Shown here one piece after another: positions 38,442-53,100 of a DNA stretch of 64,000 nucleotides. The position numbers and the translations under genes are program-made. Source of the stretch: Ostrea edulis (lineage: Eukaryota). Location: positions 75,516,001 through 75,580,000 of the forward strand of contig NC_079169.1 of NCBI RefSeq assembly GCF_947568905.1, read 5' to 3'. Position 1 is the first letter of the stretch. Every line of letters begins with the position of its first letter. The notes beneath the pieces are model-generated. The model had not been told where the DNA came from. It ran no database searches and saw only the letters and a list, made by a program, of their open reading frames with translations.

Positions 38442-41114
38442 TAGTCATTTGCCAACAATTTGATAACTTGATGATATTCAGAAGTAAAGAAGATTTTCCC
38501 CCCAAGATATAATACATTTTCAATACATTATGACCGACTTAATTAGCCCCACCTTGTAATCTCAACATAGGGGTCATAAATTTCAGTTTTTGTAAGGTAC
38601 ATTGCTTATTACATGTACAATCATGCCAATAGGTTGACTGCTTGAAGTCCAGGAGTAAAGAAGAAGAGTTTACAAGATAACATAAACCACATCCCTTAGA
38701 TCCCAGGAAGGCAGTTACTAGGAAATTTACAAGTTTTGTTCCCCATGACTCATAAATTGGTTGAAAGTGGTTCAGCCGGTCCAGAAGTTTAAAATATTCA
38801 AAAGTTTATGCATATAGGAGAAAACCAGATAGCAATACTTGGGTGACCTAAGAATCATGTCTGGGTTGTAACTTTGCTCGATGTTTTGAAATTTTCAGAT
38901 GTGGGAGAGGGTAGGGTGTATGCAACTTTGCTTAAAGTGACTTCAAACTTGTGTACATTTCCTGTATATGCCCATGTCACGATCTTGAATTATGGCTTCT
39001 GATGCCAAGGTCAATCTTACTTGGCTAGGAAGTGTTCAAGTCATGGCTACACTTCTAACAAATTTAAACTCTTATTGATGAGTGACTGAGATGTCTAAAT
39101 CAAGGACAGCCTACAACATCCACTGATGACAAACTTTGGTCCAACACTTTAGATATTAGTTAAGGTTATAGGTTACAGTATGTTGTCAACAATAATATAT
39201 AATCAAACGTGCGAGTCAATATTGTCAACAATTATATAGAATAAAACGTGCGAGTTGATGTTGACATTTTTATTAAAAATAAGATCAAGTTAAAGTTTTT
39301 GTAAGTTAAAGTTTTTGTATGGTTTATACAATATAATGCATAGCAAAAGTGTATACAAAATACATACTAAATTCTCACATGTTTATACAAAATACATACT
39401 CAATTCTGAAATCATGTTCCCTTGGTTTTGAACTCTGACACTTGAATACATGCAGTAAGCGAGCATCTAGAAAAGCACACTTAATCACCTCTCTATAAAA
39501 TATATATTGTGTAAAAAGGAAACAAAATTTTACGACAAGTGGTAATACATTGTGTGTTGATGCACGTGCCAACATTAAATCCAAATTCTCACATCATACT
39601 ATCCAAGATTCATTTTAAGGGGAAATGATGACAGCTGCCAATGAAATTCACATTAAACACCATTTAAAGGCATTATCTTGACCATATAACGTGATGTATG
39701 AATAAAAGTACTTGTGTCAATTACACACTACTTTGAATGTTACAATGTAAAAGAAAATGAAAAACATGGTTACTTGCAAACACACTTATGATGAATTTAC
39801 ACTTACAGCAAAGTGATTTTCACTCCCTTTAAGATATATTGTGAACTTACAAGATTACATTTAAACTGAATCAAAATTGTTCATCCCCAGCACCTTGCTA
39901 TAAGTGTGTTTTACTGTACAAGTACAAGTCTTGCTGTTAAAACAGGTGAATATTGCAGAGGGATTACAACTGCATGTATCCATATGATAAAATTATTCAC
40001 TGAACATCCTTGATAAAGACACACACACACAAATTGATATGAAAAATGTGATAGTATAAATATGAATTTCTCTATGTTTTTATTCGTTTTGATATTTTTC
40101 ATTTATCGTTTTGCTAAATACAATCTTAAAATTCAATTTACCGAAAGTTCAATTGCGCATCTGGATTGAGTTGGCTGAGTAAAGTTTTATTTCTGTTATT
40201 TCATTGATTCTTTGATTTCATTGGTCATTTCATATTTCTTTATCCAATAATAGTCTTTCAGTATATGTATAAATCTACCGCACTTACCTATGTAGTTAGA
40301 GCAGTAATACGTTTTGAAGAGTTACAACCAGCTGATATCTTCCGCATCTTATGGTATGTTATTTCTATATTTAAGTATGCTTCACTTCCATATAAAGAGC
40401 TGATATACGTAATTATTTTGATTGCAAGTTATTTACTTTATTGTAATTTTGCTTTCAAAGTCGTAATGATTATATGAGTCTGTAAGATCTTAATCTAAAT
40501 TATTTACAGAACATATGTACACATTTTTATAAAGTATAGTATGCTTCTAAAACGTTTAATACTGTGGGTACAATTTACAATTGTCATGTTTCAATTATGT
40601 TTTTCTTTCTTGATTTGTAATATTATTTATCTGTTATTGTAGGTCAATGCCTTTATTTTCTACTGAATAAATTTATAAAACCAACATCTGCCTTCCTGCT
40701 CAGTTACACATAGTACAGTAGTTTTCAATGCCTGTAGGTACAAAAACATGTTTGGAATTGCACGCACTTTCATCACTAAAAGAAAAACTGTGCCAGATCT
40801 CCGACAATAAAATCAAAAACCTATTAACAAAATGTACGCTAATATAAATCTACATTGTCAGTCTCCAGAAGCATTGGGATAATGATAACATAAAGTGATG
40901 AATACTGAAGCACTAGAACATGTCACAGGATTGACCTATTTTACATCTGTGAGCACAAGGATTTCATACACACCTTTCACACTGCCTCACCAAATCTGTA
41001 TCAACATTTGTTCAATACATTTCTTGCAGTTGTTTGCTCAATTGAATTGTTTGTATATTAACAAAAAAATATTAAATCTATATGTATGATAAAAATTATT
41101 ATTGTGCATGTTTA

Positions 41115-44100
41115 TCATCTATCACGTTTATAAATTTTCTTTGCAAATGTCAGAAATACAGATTCCGGCAAACTTCCTCTGTGGTTTTCTATCAGTGCAA
41201 TCAATTCTTTGTAGCTTTCTTCTTCATATTCATGATACAAGTCTTTTAGTTCCAATTCTCTATATAAATCTTTCACTCTTTGGACTTTCTTTGGATTCGT
41301 GTCTGCATAATTTTCCTGAGGGGAAAAAAACCACCAAGATAAAACGTTTGGTAGAATATGATATGTTTTTGTTAAAAACAAATGTCTCCTCAGATCCCCA
41401 ATTGAAAATGCTCCAAATTACACCCTCCTCCTCTTAATGTACTGCATGGTATGGAGGAGAAAGCATGAACAGAAACATAGACATTTATGAAATGCACTTT
41501 ATACATAAAGGAAAAAGATGGAGATAAGCTTCAAATTTGATGTGAACAATGTCATTATTGTATATGATGCAAAAATAATGACTGTTATGCTGAAGTACAG
41601 TAGGAAAGTGAACATGAAAAAAAGGTATAAAACACTCCTCTTTGATCCACTGTAAATTGTAGGGAAATATTAGATCCCTGGATTAGAACAATATGAACAT
41701 TATTAAATGATAATAAAGTATTGTAAAAAAATTCAAGGCTATCCGATAAGCCATATAGGAGAAGTGTTCACAAGCTATTTTACATCCTCAATCCCTCTTA
41801 GATCCACTATAACTTTTAGGAAAATAATTGAATTCTCGCATCTTCATGATATCTACAAAGTATATCAGATAAGCCATATAGGAAAAGTGTTCACAAGCTA
41901 TCATACATTCTTCGCCCCTCTTAAATTCACTATAATAACTTTTAGGAAAATAATTGAATCCTCACGTCTTGACAATATGCACATCTACAAACACAGGGTT
42001 TTGACACAATCTGAGCAAACTGGTGTATATATATATGTAGTCTATATCCTATTATATATACCAGTTTGCTTAGATTGTGTCAAAACCCTGGGTCTACAAA
42101 TCGCAATGAAGCAACCTACAAAGTTTCAAGTCTATCTGATAAGCCATATAGGAGGAGAAGCATTCACAAGATTTTGTGACACGCGGATGGACAGAAAGTA
42201 CAAAAACAATACGTCTCCCCCTGGGGAAGGGGAGACATAAATATTTGTACCAGTAAGGGCTACTGTAGTTTCATATAAGGTGGTCATGATACCAAAGCAC
42301 AAAGATCTTTATCATTTCCATGACACAATCAATACAATACATGTACAAGTATGTACTGCAGCAATCAAAATATTAAGATGTGCTGATAAAGTGCATGCAA
42401 CTATTTCATCACTTTGAAAATGAATCTGATTTAGACCACAGAATAATGATTGAACCACATTCAACATACCTCTAAAAGACGTCTCTGTGATGGGGTGGAT
42501 TTTTTCAGTGCTTGTATCACTAACCAGCTACACTTATTTTCTGAAATATCTGTGCCAATTTTCCCTATCACCACTGGATCTCCATAGCAATCCAAAAAGT
42601 CATCCTGAGAATAAAACATGCATCATCAGTACTGTTCCCGAGCCCTGTATACCACATACTACAAGATATTTGTTTGAATTTAATACATGCACATTGTATC
42701 TAACCAGCAATGTGTTAACTTAGAAATATGAATTATTATTGTTGTCACTTCTTTAAAAACATCCAGATAATGATTAGTAATGAATGTTAATATATGTACA
42801 TTTACAAAGATATAGTCAAACTTCTTTATACTGACCAGCTTCTTGACTGAAGAAAATGGCTGGTTTAGAGAGGTGGCTGGAGCGTTAAGAATTCAGTAAA
42901 TTGCTGATGAATTGTGCATAGGGTGCATTGTTAGTGACATAATATATACATGTAATTGGTGTTGCAGTTTTATTAAATTAATGCTCATCTTATTACAATG
43001 TTTATCATTTATCGGTATTCTCTTAAAGTAAATGATATGTTATGCAAGCAATATACTGCAACATATTCATTTTAATGCCAGGTTGAATGCAATATTCAAC
43101 ACTTTTATATTCAATTATCTGTTGACTGCAAGGGCAAGCGAATTGTTGAATGGTGGTTTACATCACTATGTCTGGATTTATTGACATACATGTTTCATCA
43201 GATCTATCTAAAACTGTGATTCTACAGGCATTCCATAATTTAATGCGCATGAATAGGAAAATGATTAAAAAATGCAAAGTATAACTTTATCTATTTTATG
43301 CTTCTAAATAAACTGTGACCATAGAAGCCGTGAACCTTTTATCAACACGTATCCATGGCTACTGATCATGTTTTTTTATCCTCGATTGGCTTGGCTTCTT
43401 GCATGATAGGTAAGCTGGTTTTGTGAGGGAATATTTCTAATGTTCGTTAGTGGTAAATGTACAAAAAGTCGCTAATATCCATTTTGAAGGGGTAGCCAGC
43501 ATTAACTGGGCTGATTTTGAGGAGGGGACCCAGTTTTCAAGGGTGTGCTTGAGGAAAGTTTTATAGTGTACCTGAATTTGGAAATATCTGCCCATATGTA
43601 GTAAGATATGTTGTGCTCTTTCATGAGAGTCTTCATCTGTTATTCCACTCTGTTGAAAATAATTCAGATAATGTGAATAAATTGCAAATCAGGATGTGGT
43701 ATAAAAAATTCCTTAAAGACAAAAATGAGAGGCCCATGGGCCACATCGCTAACCTGAGTCACCTAGGCCCTGCCATTGTTCAGCTGTTGTGATTTCTAAT
43801 GATTATTTTTTTATCAATCTTTATTCCCATGAAAAATTTTGACCCATATTGTTGTGCCAACCTAGCCCCAAAGGATCACAACATAACTGAAAATGAATGC
43901 CTCAACACCAATATGATGAACATGATCTTGCTGTTCTGGATACGACCAAGGTCACAAAGTCATAGGTCATGATATGATATGTAGACCTTGCCTTAAGTCC
44001 TGTGGGGATCCAGGTTAGAATAGGTCCTCAGTACCTCCTTGCTTGTCATAAGAGGTGACTAAATGGGGCAGTCCTTCGAATGAGACTGCAAAAACCGAGG

Positions 44101-47100
44101 CCCCATGTCACAGCAGGTGTGGCACGATAAAGATCCCTCCCTGCTCAAAGTCCATAAGCGCAGCACATAGGCCTAAATTTTACAGCCCTTTACAGGGTTT
44201 GAAATTAACTTTTTCAAGCACTAGTCTGTACGGACTAGTGACTATTGATGTTTACTAGTCCGCAAAGCATTTCACTAGTCCGTCCAATATATCATATTTA
44301 ATAAATGATCTTCATTTTATTCAATAGTATTCAATAAAGCCAAACACATCACAGTTCCGGCAATTCAGTTTATGACACCTACAGAAGAAAAAAGACAACC
44401 ATACTTTATTTTGTATTCAAGATCTTCAGAAACATACAGTAACCTCTTGAGTTAATCCTTTTATAAATGTCCATAAGTGCGTTCGAGATCAACATTCCCG
44501 TTGTTTTCGTGCTCAGTTCTTAGAGTCACAGGAGTTCGAAATTTTAGCAATAAAGTCAATACAATTCACTCGATTGACCAAACGAGCTATAGTGTTACAA
44601 ACTCCTGTGTTAGAGTCGCGAATGATGAGATGTGCGCACAAGAGTGCATGTTCTTCGACCACACTACTTGCAGTTCTTGCACCTCGAATCCGTTCTCGTG
44701 ATGTGTACTCGGCATTCGGAAACAGCAGGAATTTGTGCTCATGCGAAGAATGGTGGTCTCGAACGCACTCCATGTGTTTGGAAGATCAGGAGTCATTGTC
44801 ACGCAAACACTTAACCATGCTGTTAATCGACCATAAGTTCAAACATCTAAGAGACTCAGGCAAATCTTAACCAATTCAAGATTGATTTCCGGATTTTCAC
44901 TAGTCCGTACGGACTAGTGCTATAGAGAGTTTACTAGTCCAACACATTTTTTTACTAGTCTCGGACTTACGGACATGAGGTAATTTCGAACCCTGCTTTA
45001 CCGGCAATGGTGACATCTCCATATAAGTGAAAAATTCTCGAGCGGGATGTAAAACAATATACAACCAACCAACCAACATACAGAATATGAAAGCTCCAAC
45101 TTAAAAAGTTTATGAGATATTCATTAGGTCAGGTTTTTAAAGAAAGTAGGTCAAGGTCACAAGATCAAATACGATTATATCAGAAAGTCTTGTCAAAAAG
45201 AATCTATATACAAAATATGAAGTAAAAGTTTCTGTCATAAGAAATCAATATAAAAAACATGAAAGATCTACCTTGAATAGTTCAGGAGATATTGAATAGA
45301 TCAAATTTAAAAAAAAATAGATCAACCTCTAATTCAAACTCCAAGGTCAAAAGATGAAACACCATTGTGTACAAGGTCTTGCCATAAAGAATCTATATAC
45401 AAAATATGAAAGCACCACCTAAAATAGTTCTTGATATATTCAATATGTTATTTTTTCTTAATGGTAGGTCAAACTCAAAGTTCAAGGTCAAAGATCATGA
45501 TATGAAATGAAAGGTCTTGCCATAAGAAATATAGAAAGATCTGCCTTAAATAGTTCAGGACATATTGGATAGGTCAGACTTTTATTAAACGTAGGTCAAA
45601 CTTCCAGCTCAAAGTCACAAGATCACAATCCATTGCATCACATGTAAGGTATTTCTGTAAAGAATGTATATACCGAATATGAAAGCCCTAGATTAAATAG
45701 TTCAAGAGATATTTTTGAACTTTTTCCTATATAATATATCAGCATATAACACTTTGATCTCCTATTGTGGCCCCAACCTACCCTGGGGACCATCAACTGC
45801 ACAAACTTGGATCTACTTTATGTCAGAAAGCTTTCATGTAATTTTCAACTTTCCTGGCCCAGTGGTTCTTGAGAAGATTTTTAAATGATCCCACCCTATT
45901 TTTGCATTTTCGTGATTATTTCCCCCTTGGAGAGGGGTGTTGCCCTTCATTTGAACAAATTTGAACCCCCTTAACCTAAGGATGCTTTTGCCAAGTTTGG
46001 TTCAAATTGGCCTAGTGGTTCTGGAGAAGAAGTAAATAATGTGAAAATTTTACAAATGGAAGAAAAGCTCAAGCTTTCAGCTCAGGTGAGCTAAAAATGG
46101 AAAAAAGAAAATTTTCAGTTCAAATTGTGTCCATGCCCCTTTAAAGTTGCTTGTTTTTTGGGGAAGGATGAAAACTATGGAAGTATTGGGTAATTTTCAT
46201 AATTGACAAAACTGATTAATCAGATATTACCTCATTCTTATTTTCTTTTTGTATTTCCCCATAATACAAACAGTCTAGGCATTTATTTCTTTATATCTCT
46301 ATTTTAGGATTGAACTTATTTTTTTCTATAAATAATAGAGGTTTATATATCAAGTTGAAAGGTTAGCACTTTTATTAAGAAATGAAGGACATTGCAACAG
46401 TAAAGGTTTCTAACTAAAGTAAATATTATTATCTATTTTAAATCTGATACATGTATCATTCATTTCATTAAAGAATCCTTGAACAGTAACAATGAATGAA
46501 TGCTTATTATAGTATTCCATACCATATACATAGCTATCGCCACAGGTAGGTAGAAGGAATAATATCCTGTTTTCCACTTGACAATGGTGTTGTATCGGTC
46601 CTCTGTGAAATCGGTGAAATCTACCTTACCACCAGAGGGAGCTGTGATCATGTCTAGACACTGACCCCTAACTGTCTGCATGGTTGTCTAGAACACAGAA
46701 AACATTATCATGTATTAATATATAGTTACATGTCTGTCTTCAGACACCTGTTCAGAGATTTCTGTTTTTATTTTCGTCTCTGTCCATGTCAACCTGTGTC
46801 ACTCTAAATAATGATGCAATTTTTACCTCTCTTGCACATCGTCGCAAACCACGGGTTATAGAAATGAAACAATAACCGTGGCATGCAACGATGTCTCTTG
46901 CAGGAGTTTTGTCCCTTTATTTGAAATTTAATGTTACATGTATATGGAGGGTAACTGTATGATTTGTTTCTTTTATTCATATGAAGGTAAGAAAGTATGT
47001 CACAGCTTGATGATGGCTGATACTGGCACCACCTTCAGTAAAGTTCTACAACTCATACAGAAGTTTATGACAGGGGCATTATGTACTTGTTTTATTGCAT

Positions 47101-50100
47101 GATTAAATAATTCCAAGCTTTCGGGTTGGTTGAAATCCAATAAATGAGAAAAAATAGAACAATTTATCATACCTCTACTGATTTTTCTCTATATAAAAGT
47201 AATGCGATAAAATCGTCGTCCTTTCCCCTGAAAATGCACTACGGTATTTCCCCAATCTGATGACTACTTTCTGTAAAATCAGTGCAACTACCTGGGACTA
47301 CTCTCTCATTGATATTTTTTTTTTGACAATCAAATTGCTTGGTAGACAGTACTACTATAAATCATATGTACAGGTATTTTAAAAGTTGAATACCAAACTT
47401 CGTTGTTTTTAATCATCAACCAGGAAATTAAGTGCTCCAGGAAATACAACTTTTGCTCACAATAGAAAACTATAAAGTAGCTTTCCATGAAATTATATAT
47501 TAACAAAACTATATTCATTTTTGACAAATCTACAAAATTTGATGCCCATGAAAATGGATAAAAATACAGTATCCATTTAAGGATTTTGATCTCTATCTCC
47601 CATTCACACATGTACAAGTGAGTTACAGAAATCAGAGGTGGCAGTCACCATATGCTTACCTACAGATTCAATGGACAGGGAAACAATGAACATCACCAAT
47701 GCTTACCTCATGAAACAGGTCTACAATGCTAATGTAGTAAGGTTTGTCCTTGCAGTATTTACGCAGGATATGGTAGACGCAGGACTCCAAGTAGAAGGCA
47801 TCATTCACAGCCACTATGCCTACTTCCTCCTACAATGAACAATCACGGCATTTCATCACTTCTACCCAATATACCGTGGAATCATTGGTCATCTTCCACA
47901 TATTCCTAGGCGTCTCTGTCCTAAACATTTGAAACCTCTTTGAAATTAATACAAACTATTATTATGATGTTTCAAAGTACTTCAACTATATCCACAAATT
48001 CAAATCCAAATGAAAGTGTAAAATCTTCGCAATTCGTGAGAATTGGCACAGAAATTATCAAATTCATATCAAGTCTAATATAAAAATTACTTAAATTTCA
48101 AATGTATATGATCCATTTGATAGCTTTGTCCTAATTAAGGCCTGTTTCATAGCCCTGTTCTGGGGTCTGAATGAACTCTTGACTCAAAGAACTGTAATGA
48201 ATCACAATTAGCTCACCCTAGTGTTCAATGACTGGCAATACATGTACTTTAGTTGGGACTTGGCTTGGATTTCTCAAAAGAAACTTTATAGTCGAAACTT
48301 GGACTTAAGTCTGAGATTCTACTCAAATTTTGACTGCTCAAATAAAAGAAAACCCAAACTTAAGTTTGAGATTTTTTTGTTGAGAAATCCAAGCCACATC
48401 AAAATTACTAGTATTAAGCTGAACTATTCATACATGTATTACATTATAAAATGTTTTTGGAGTATCAGTGTACTATTAAAGCATTTGATAGAGTTCATGA
48501 CATGAAAATCATCTTTTACATTTCATTTCCCCTTAGCCAATCAATACGTCAGTTTCGAGATACGAACTCTTCTGTATAGGAGGTGCATTTAGTGGAACTT
48601 TGAACGCCTAAGTGGGACAGAGTGGATATACAGCCAACGAGGAAGACGATGAAATGTATTAAAAGCGGCTTCTCTTTAAATATGTAAATGTGGGAAATAC
48701 TAAATACTATCGAAAGAAATGTTTTACCGAAGTGGAAACATACAAACAATGTCATATTTGCAAGAAATGTCTTGGATATGGTACTTATGACCAGCGAAAC
48801 AACGTGATAGGATAAGAATTCTATGTATTTAATTACTCTCTAAATATTTATCTCTTACTTAGTTTGTGTATCAGTCGAATTCGGGTTTTCAAACAGCGTA
48901 TGAGAAACTTACTGAGTACATTCACTTACGCTATGATGAATATCTGTCCCACTCCCGCGTGTAAACAAATTCTTTCGCGCCTTACTATGTACGAGAGTTC
49001 TCCAAAGGGAAATAACTCGGACGTATCTCGAAACCGGCGTATTAATGAATAGCTTTAAATTTTAATAACCACATTTTCATCATATTCAAATTACCAGGGT
49101 ATCAAATCCATATCATACTGTATTAGTTACATTTATGATTACTCCATGAAAAATTTAAAAGACACACTCTTCAAATTTTTGTGACAAGCTGTAAATTATT
49201 GCACTGTAATGAGATTCAGATTTAAGTTTCTTTGGAGGAGGAGAAGAAAGAACGCTAACTTATAGTGGCACTAAAATATGAAAAACTTTATGTACCTATT
49301 GTCAAACACAGATCAAGTGCTAAATCATGATTACATCAAATAGTGCATCAGATTCAATCGTGTAAAATTTTTATTACAGGAAATTAAGTACACAGATGGC
49401 ACTCATTTTTCTTCAAATTAAAATATTGCAATTTATACTGCAGTACAATTTGAATACTGTATAGCGGGATATTTCCGCCAGGGTGATAAATTTGGCTTAT
49501 TTTACCGGTTAGATAGCTTTCTGCCAAATATGCACCCAATTGCGACTTCAGTATTTGCAAGAGAGACAACTTCTTTGACCGCTAAATTTTATTCCACTAA
49601 AATGTCACAGGGTGACAAATACGTATTTTAACTATCAAATGTTATATGCATTTTATTTATTTCAGATTGTTCAATACACTTTTATTCATTCACCTGTTTA
49701 CTAATTCATTCATGCATTGCCATCGTATTCGTGTTGTGTTCTTGTGTACGTGGTGTCATGTGATTGTTTTGTGAATAGTGTTTTGCTGAGTTGGGTATTT
49801 GTAGAATGAGCTTTTATTAGTAGTTGCAGAACAAGTTTTTTTAGGGAGTGGTAGTAGTGTACGTATGTGTGTGAGCTTGTATAAAAGGATGAGCACGGAT
49901 TAATTTAAAGACTTACAAGATTGACTTTAACACAGTACATCAGGGTGAATCTAACTATCAAAACCACTTGATATTCTTAATGATAAATTCCAAAATACAT
50001 GCAAAGTTATTTTCTCTATTGTACAAACTATTTCTGTATATTATTTACGAAATTTTATGCATTAACTGCGGAAAATAGGCAACCTGTATTAAGAGACCAC

Positions 50101-53100
50101 CTCTCATACGTGACCTTTTTTTTCATTCTCCGTTGGACGGTCTCTTAATACAGATTTGACTGTACATGTACTACGCCAGGGCCCCAATCTACAAATAAAA
50201 TCCAATCCTATGATCTGCTCACCTAGAACGATACCTTGTGTAGTGATTTGCATGTAATGAGTGGAACAAAGGATCTCATTTAAATCGTGTTCACTAACTA
50301 CCAAATTAGAGGTACTATGCTTTTACCCTTCTATACCAACAAGGCTTTCCTCTTCTTGTCACAGAGCTGTCCATAACATCATCTGCCACAAGGAAAAAGG
50401 CCTGCAGCTGAAATTATTCAGACATATAAAGGTCAATTCATCTTAAACACATAAAAAAACTTCCTGCAAACTTCACAATTTACAGTATTAATGTAATATA
50501 TTTAGCATGTACGATATTTGACAAAAATTGATTTTTTAACAAGTTAGTGTAGATTTGATTTAGTGCTTTCTAAATGTGTTACATATGTATATAAAAATCT
50601 ATATGCACAATTAAGACAGCTAGACAAGTACTTGACTTAACGGTAGCTGCTTTCCCTAAAAAGTGCTACATAGAATACACGGCCAAATGTAACACATTTA
50701 CAGTATCATATCACCTCCATCTCACTCAGCTCATCATGGTGGACAAATAGAATCCTTCATTATTTACTCGTGTGGGATAGGGAAATTCCAATGAGGGCAT
50801 GAGGATCCTAGACAGCGAATCTTGTTCCAGAGATGGAATTTCCCTATCCCACAGGAGTAAATAATGAAGGATTATTTTTCTCACATTTTACACATCAACA
50901 TGATAAACATACTCATATTTTGGGACTCTGATACATGTAATATCATTCCAAATTTCATCTTACATCGCACATACTGCAGCTTACAAAGCAAATATGGAAT
51001 AAAAAATAAGAAAAAAAAAGAAAAATGGATACTAGTATCATACCAATATTCAAAACATATTGATGAAACACACTGTATCCTTGAGCATGGTCAACTTCAA
51101 TAATGACATTGATCTTTATCATTCACATGTTTGACCTTGACCAAAAAACCCTCGGCTCAAAAGTCAAGACCATGGTTATGATGTGGACAAAGACACAGAC
51201 GAAGACATATAATATCCTTAGTCTTCAATCTTGGGGGCATAAAAATGCATGTACCACAACCTTGAATAGAAAAGCCACAAGATGACACCAGGGTACTTGT
51301 TTCGATGCAGTTTACCCATCATCCAATATCATAAAAACAGTCACTAAATGAAATCAGTGCAAACACATTGATTCAAACCTGCATTATAGCAATACAAGCT
51401 GTAACTGAAGGCAAATAAATTGAAAAATAAAAGAAGAAATATTTAACATATTTGTGATTGAATATATATATAACTTCATAGAATCAGAGTAAATCTGAAG
51501 CAATAGATCCGTCAAATCAGCAGGAAAATGTCAATTCATGAATCATTGTCATCCTGTCAGTAATTCCTTAGCTGCAATAATGTAGTCCTCTCAGATTTTT
51601 TGGGGGGAGGGGGGGGGGGGGGGGGGAGAAAACGTCAGAATAAAAAAAATCGGATAGGGCTACATTATTGCAGCTAGTAATTCCTGCTCATAATCTCCGA
51701 TGTACATTGACCTCGGAGGTCACCAGTTCAAAAAAAAAGAAACAAAATAGAGACAATGAACATGTGTCAGATTTGTAAACAATTTAACATGCCAATTTTA
51801 TAGAAAATTCACTATCAAAATTTAATTTACATATTACATGTGTCACATTTGTGTGAATATAACTTTCTTACACTTATAGTACTTCTCGTCATTCATGAAA
51901 CGATATTTTTACACAAATGTCACGTGTAGCTACTCATGTCAGTTTCTGTCTTTGTATACAACCTCCGCCTTAGCAACCCGATTATGTTGGGCAATCATCG
52001 TTTCCATGCCCATGTATGTGATGCAATGGCAGTTTATACAAAACGCTCATTGCCCTCAAACAATATTCCCTTGTTCATTTTGCTGATTTTTTCTTCAGAT
52101 CTTGGGGATTATATTAGTTATACTAATAGGTGTTATTTGGTGCCTAATTGGATAGTTGAAAAATACCATCAGTTACAGCTTGTATTGCTTTAAACCCTCT
52201 TAGTATGTACAAGAAAGTTTGAAAAATGTTAAAACAGGTGTTATTTTAACATTAGTAACCATGTTCCCATGTACATATAACATAGATCAGTGAAGAATTC
52301 CTGTAGGTTTTATACTTTCATTCCAACAGCTAATTAGCCAATATGGCATTAAACAGATCGGGTTGGTGATTTGGCTACAAGTTATATTGTAAGAATATCT
52401 AAACACTTAACAACTAGCCCTGTCAAGGAAAGGGGAAACTGAAAAATGTTAATTGTTAGTAACAAGATTAAAGGTGAAAATAGTGTTACTCTGTAATCTT
52501 ATAAAGTCACTCAATGATTCAATTCTTACCCATTCTACACACCATCCCAAAATTCTGGCAATTTTCTCTTCCTCCTCTGAAATGGTCTCTTTCAGGCATT
52601 TGAGTGACACAATTACTGAGAGTCCTCTATTCTTCTTTCCATGAGGAACATTATACTCTGAAACCTACAACACAACATTATACTCTGAAACCTACGATAC
52701 AACATTATACTCTGAAACCTAAAACACAACATTATACTCTGAAACCTACAATACAACATTATACTCTGAAACCTACAATACAACATTATACTCTGAAACC
52801 TAAAACACAACATTATACTCTGAAACCTACAATACAACATTATACTCTGAAACCTACAATACAACATTATACTCTGAAACCTACAATACAACATTATACT
52901 CTGAAACCTAAAACACAACATTATACTCCGAAACCTACAACACAACATTATACTCCGAAACCTACAATACAACTTTTTAAAAACAATTCGCAAATCATAG
53001 CAAAACAAAGAAAGGTCACCAGCTTCTATATGAAATCAATTCAGCAATAAAACATGAGTAAAATAATCCCTTCCAATATATTCAGTGCAAAATGCAGTTC

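Larger units (their letters stand above)
43720..46096 (-). mobile_element. Composite HINE-like element containing a nested SINE and a hAT-like element
   Basis: Colinear with 53123-54868 and 1857-3770. Located in FDPS intron 5. Confidence 0.7.

Noticed and set aside
41707-42240. 177-aa ORF antisense to an FDPS intron
   Set aside because: It coincides with a repeat element containing three internal repeats.
52604-53050. 148-aa QHYTLKPTI-repeat ORF and its antisense ORF
   Set aside because: Explained by the 27-bp junction repeat overlapping FDPS exon 2 on the other strand.
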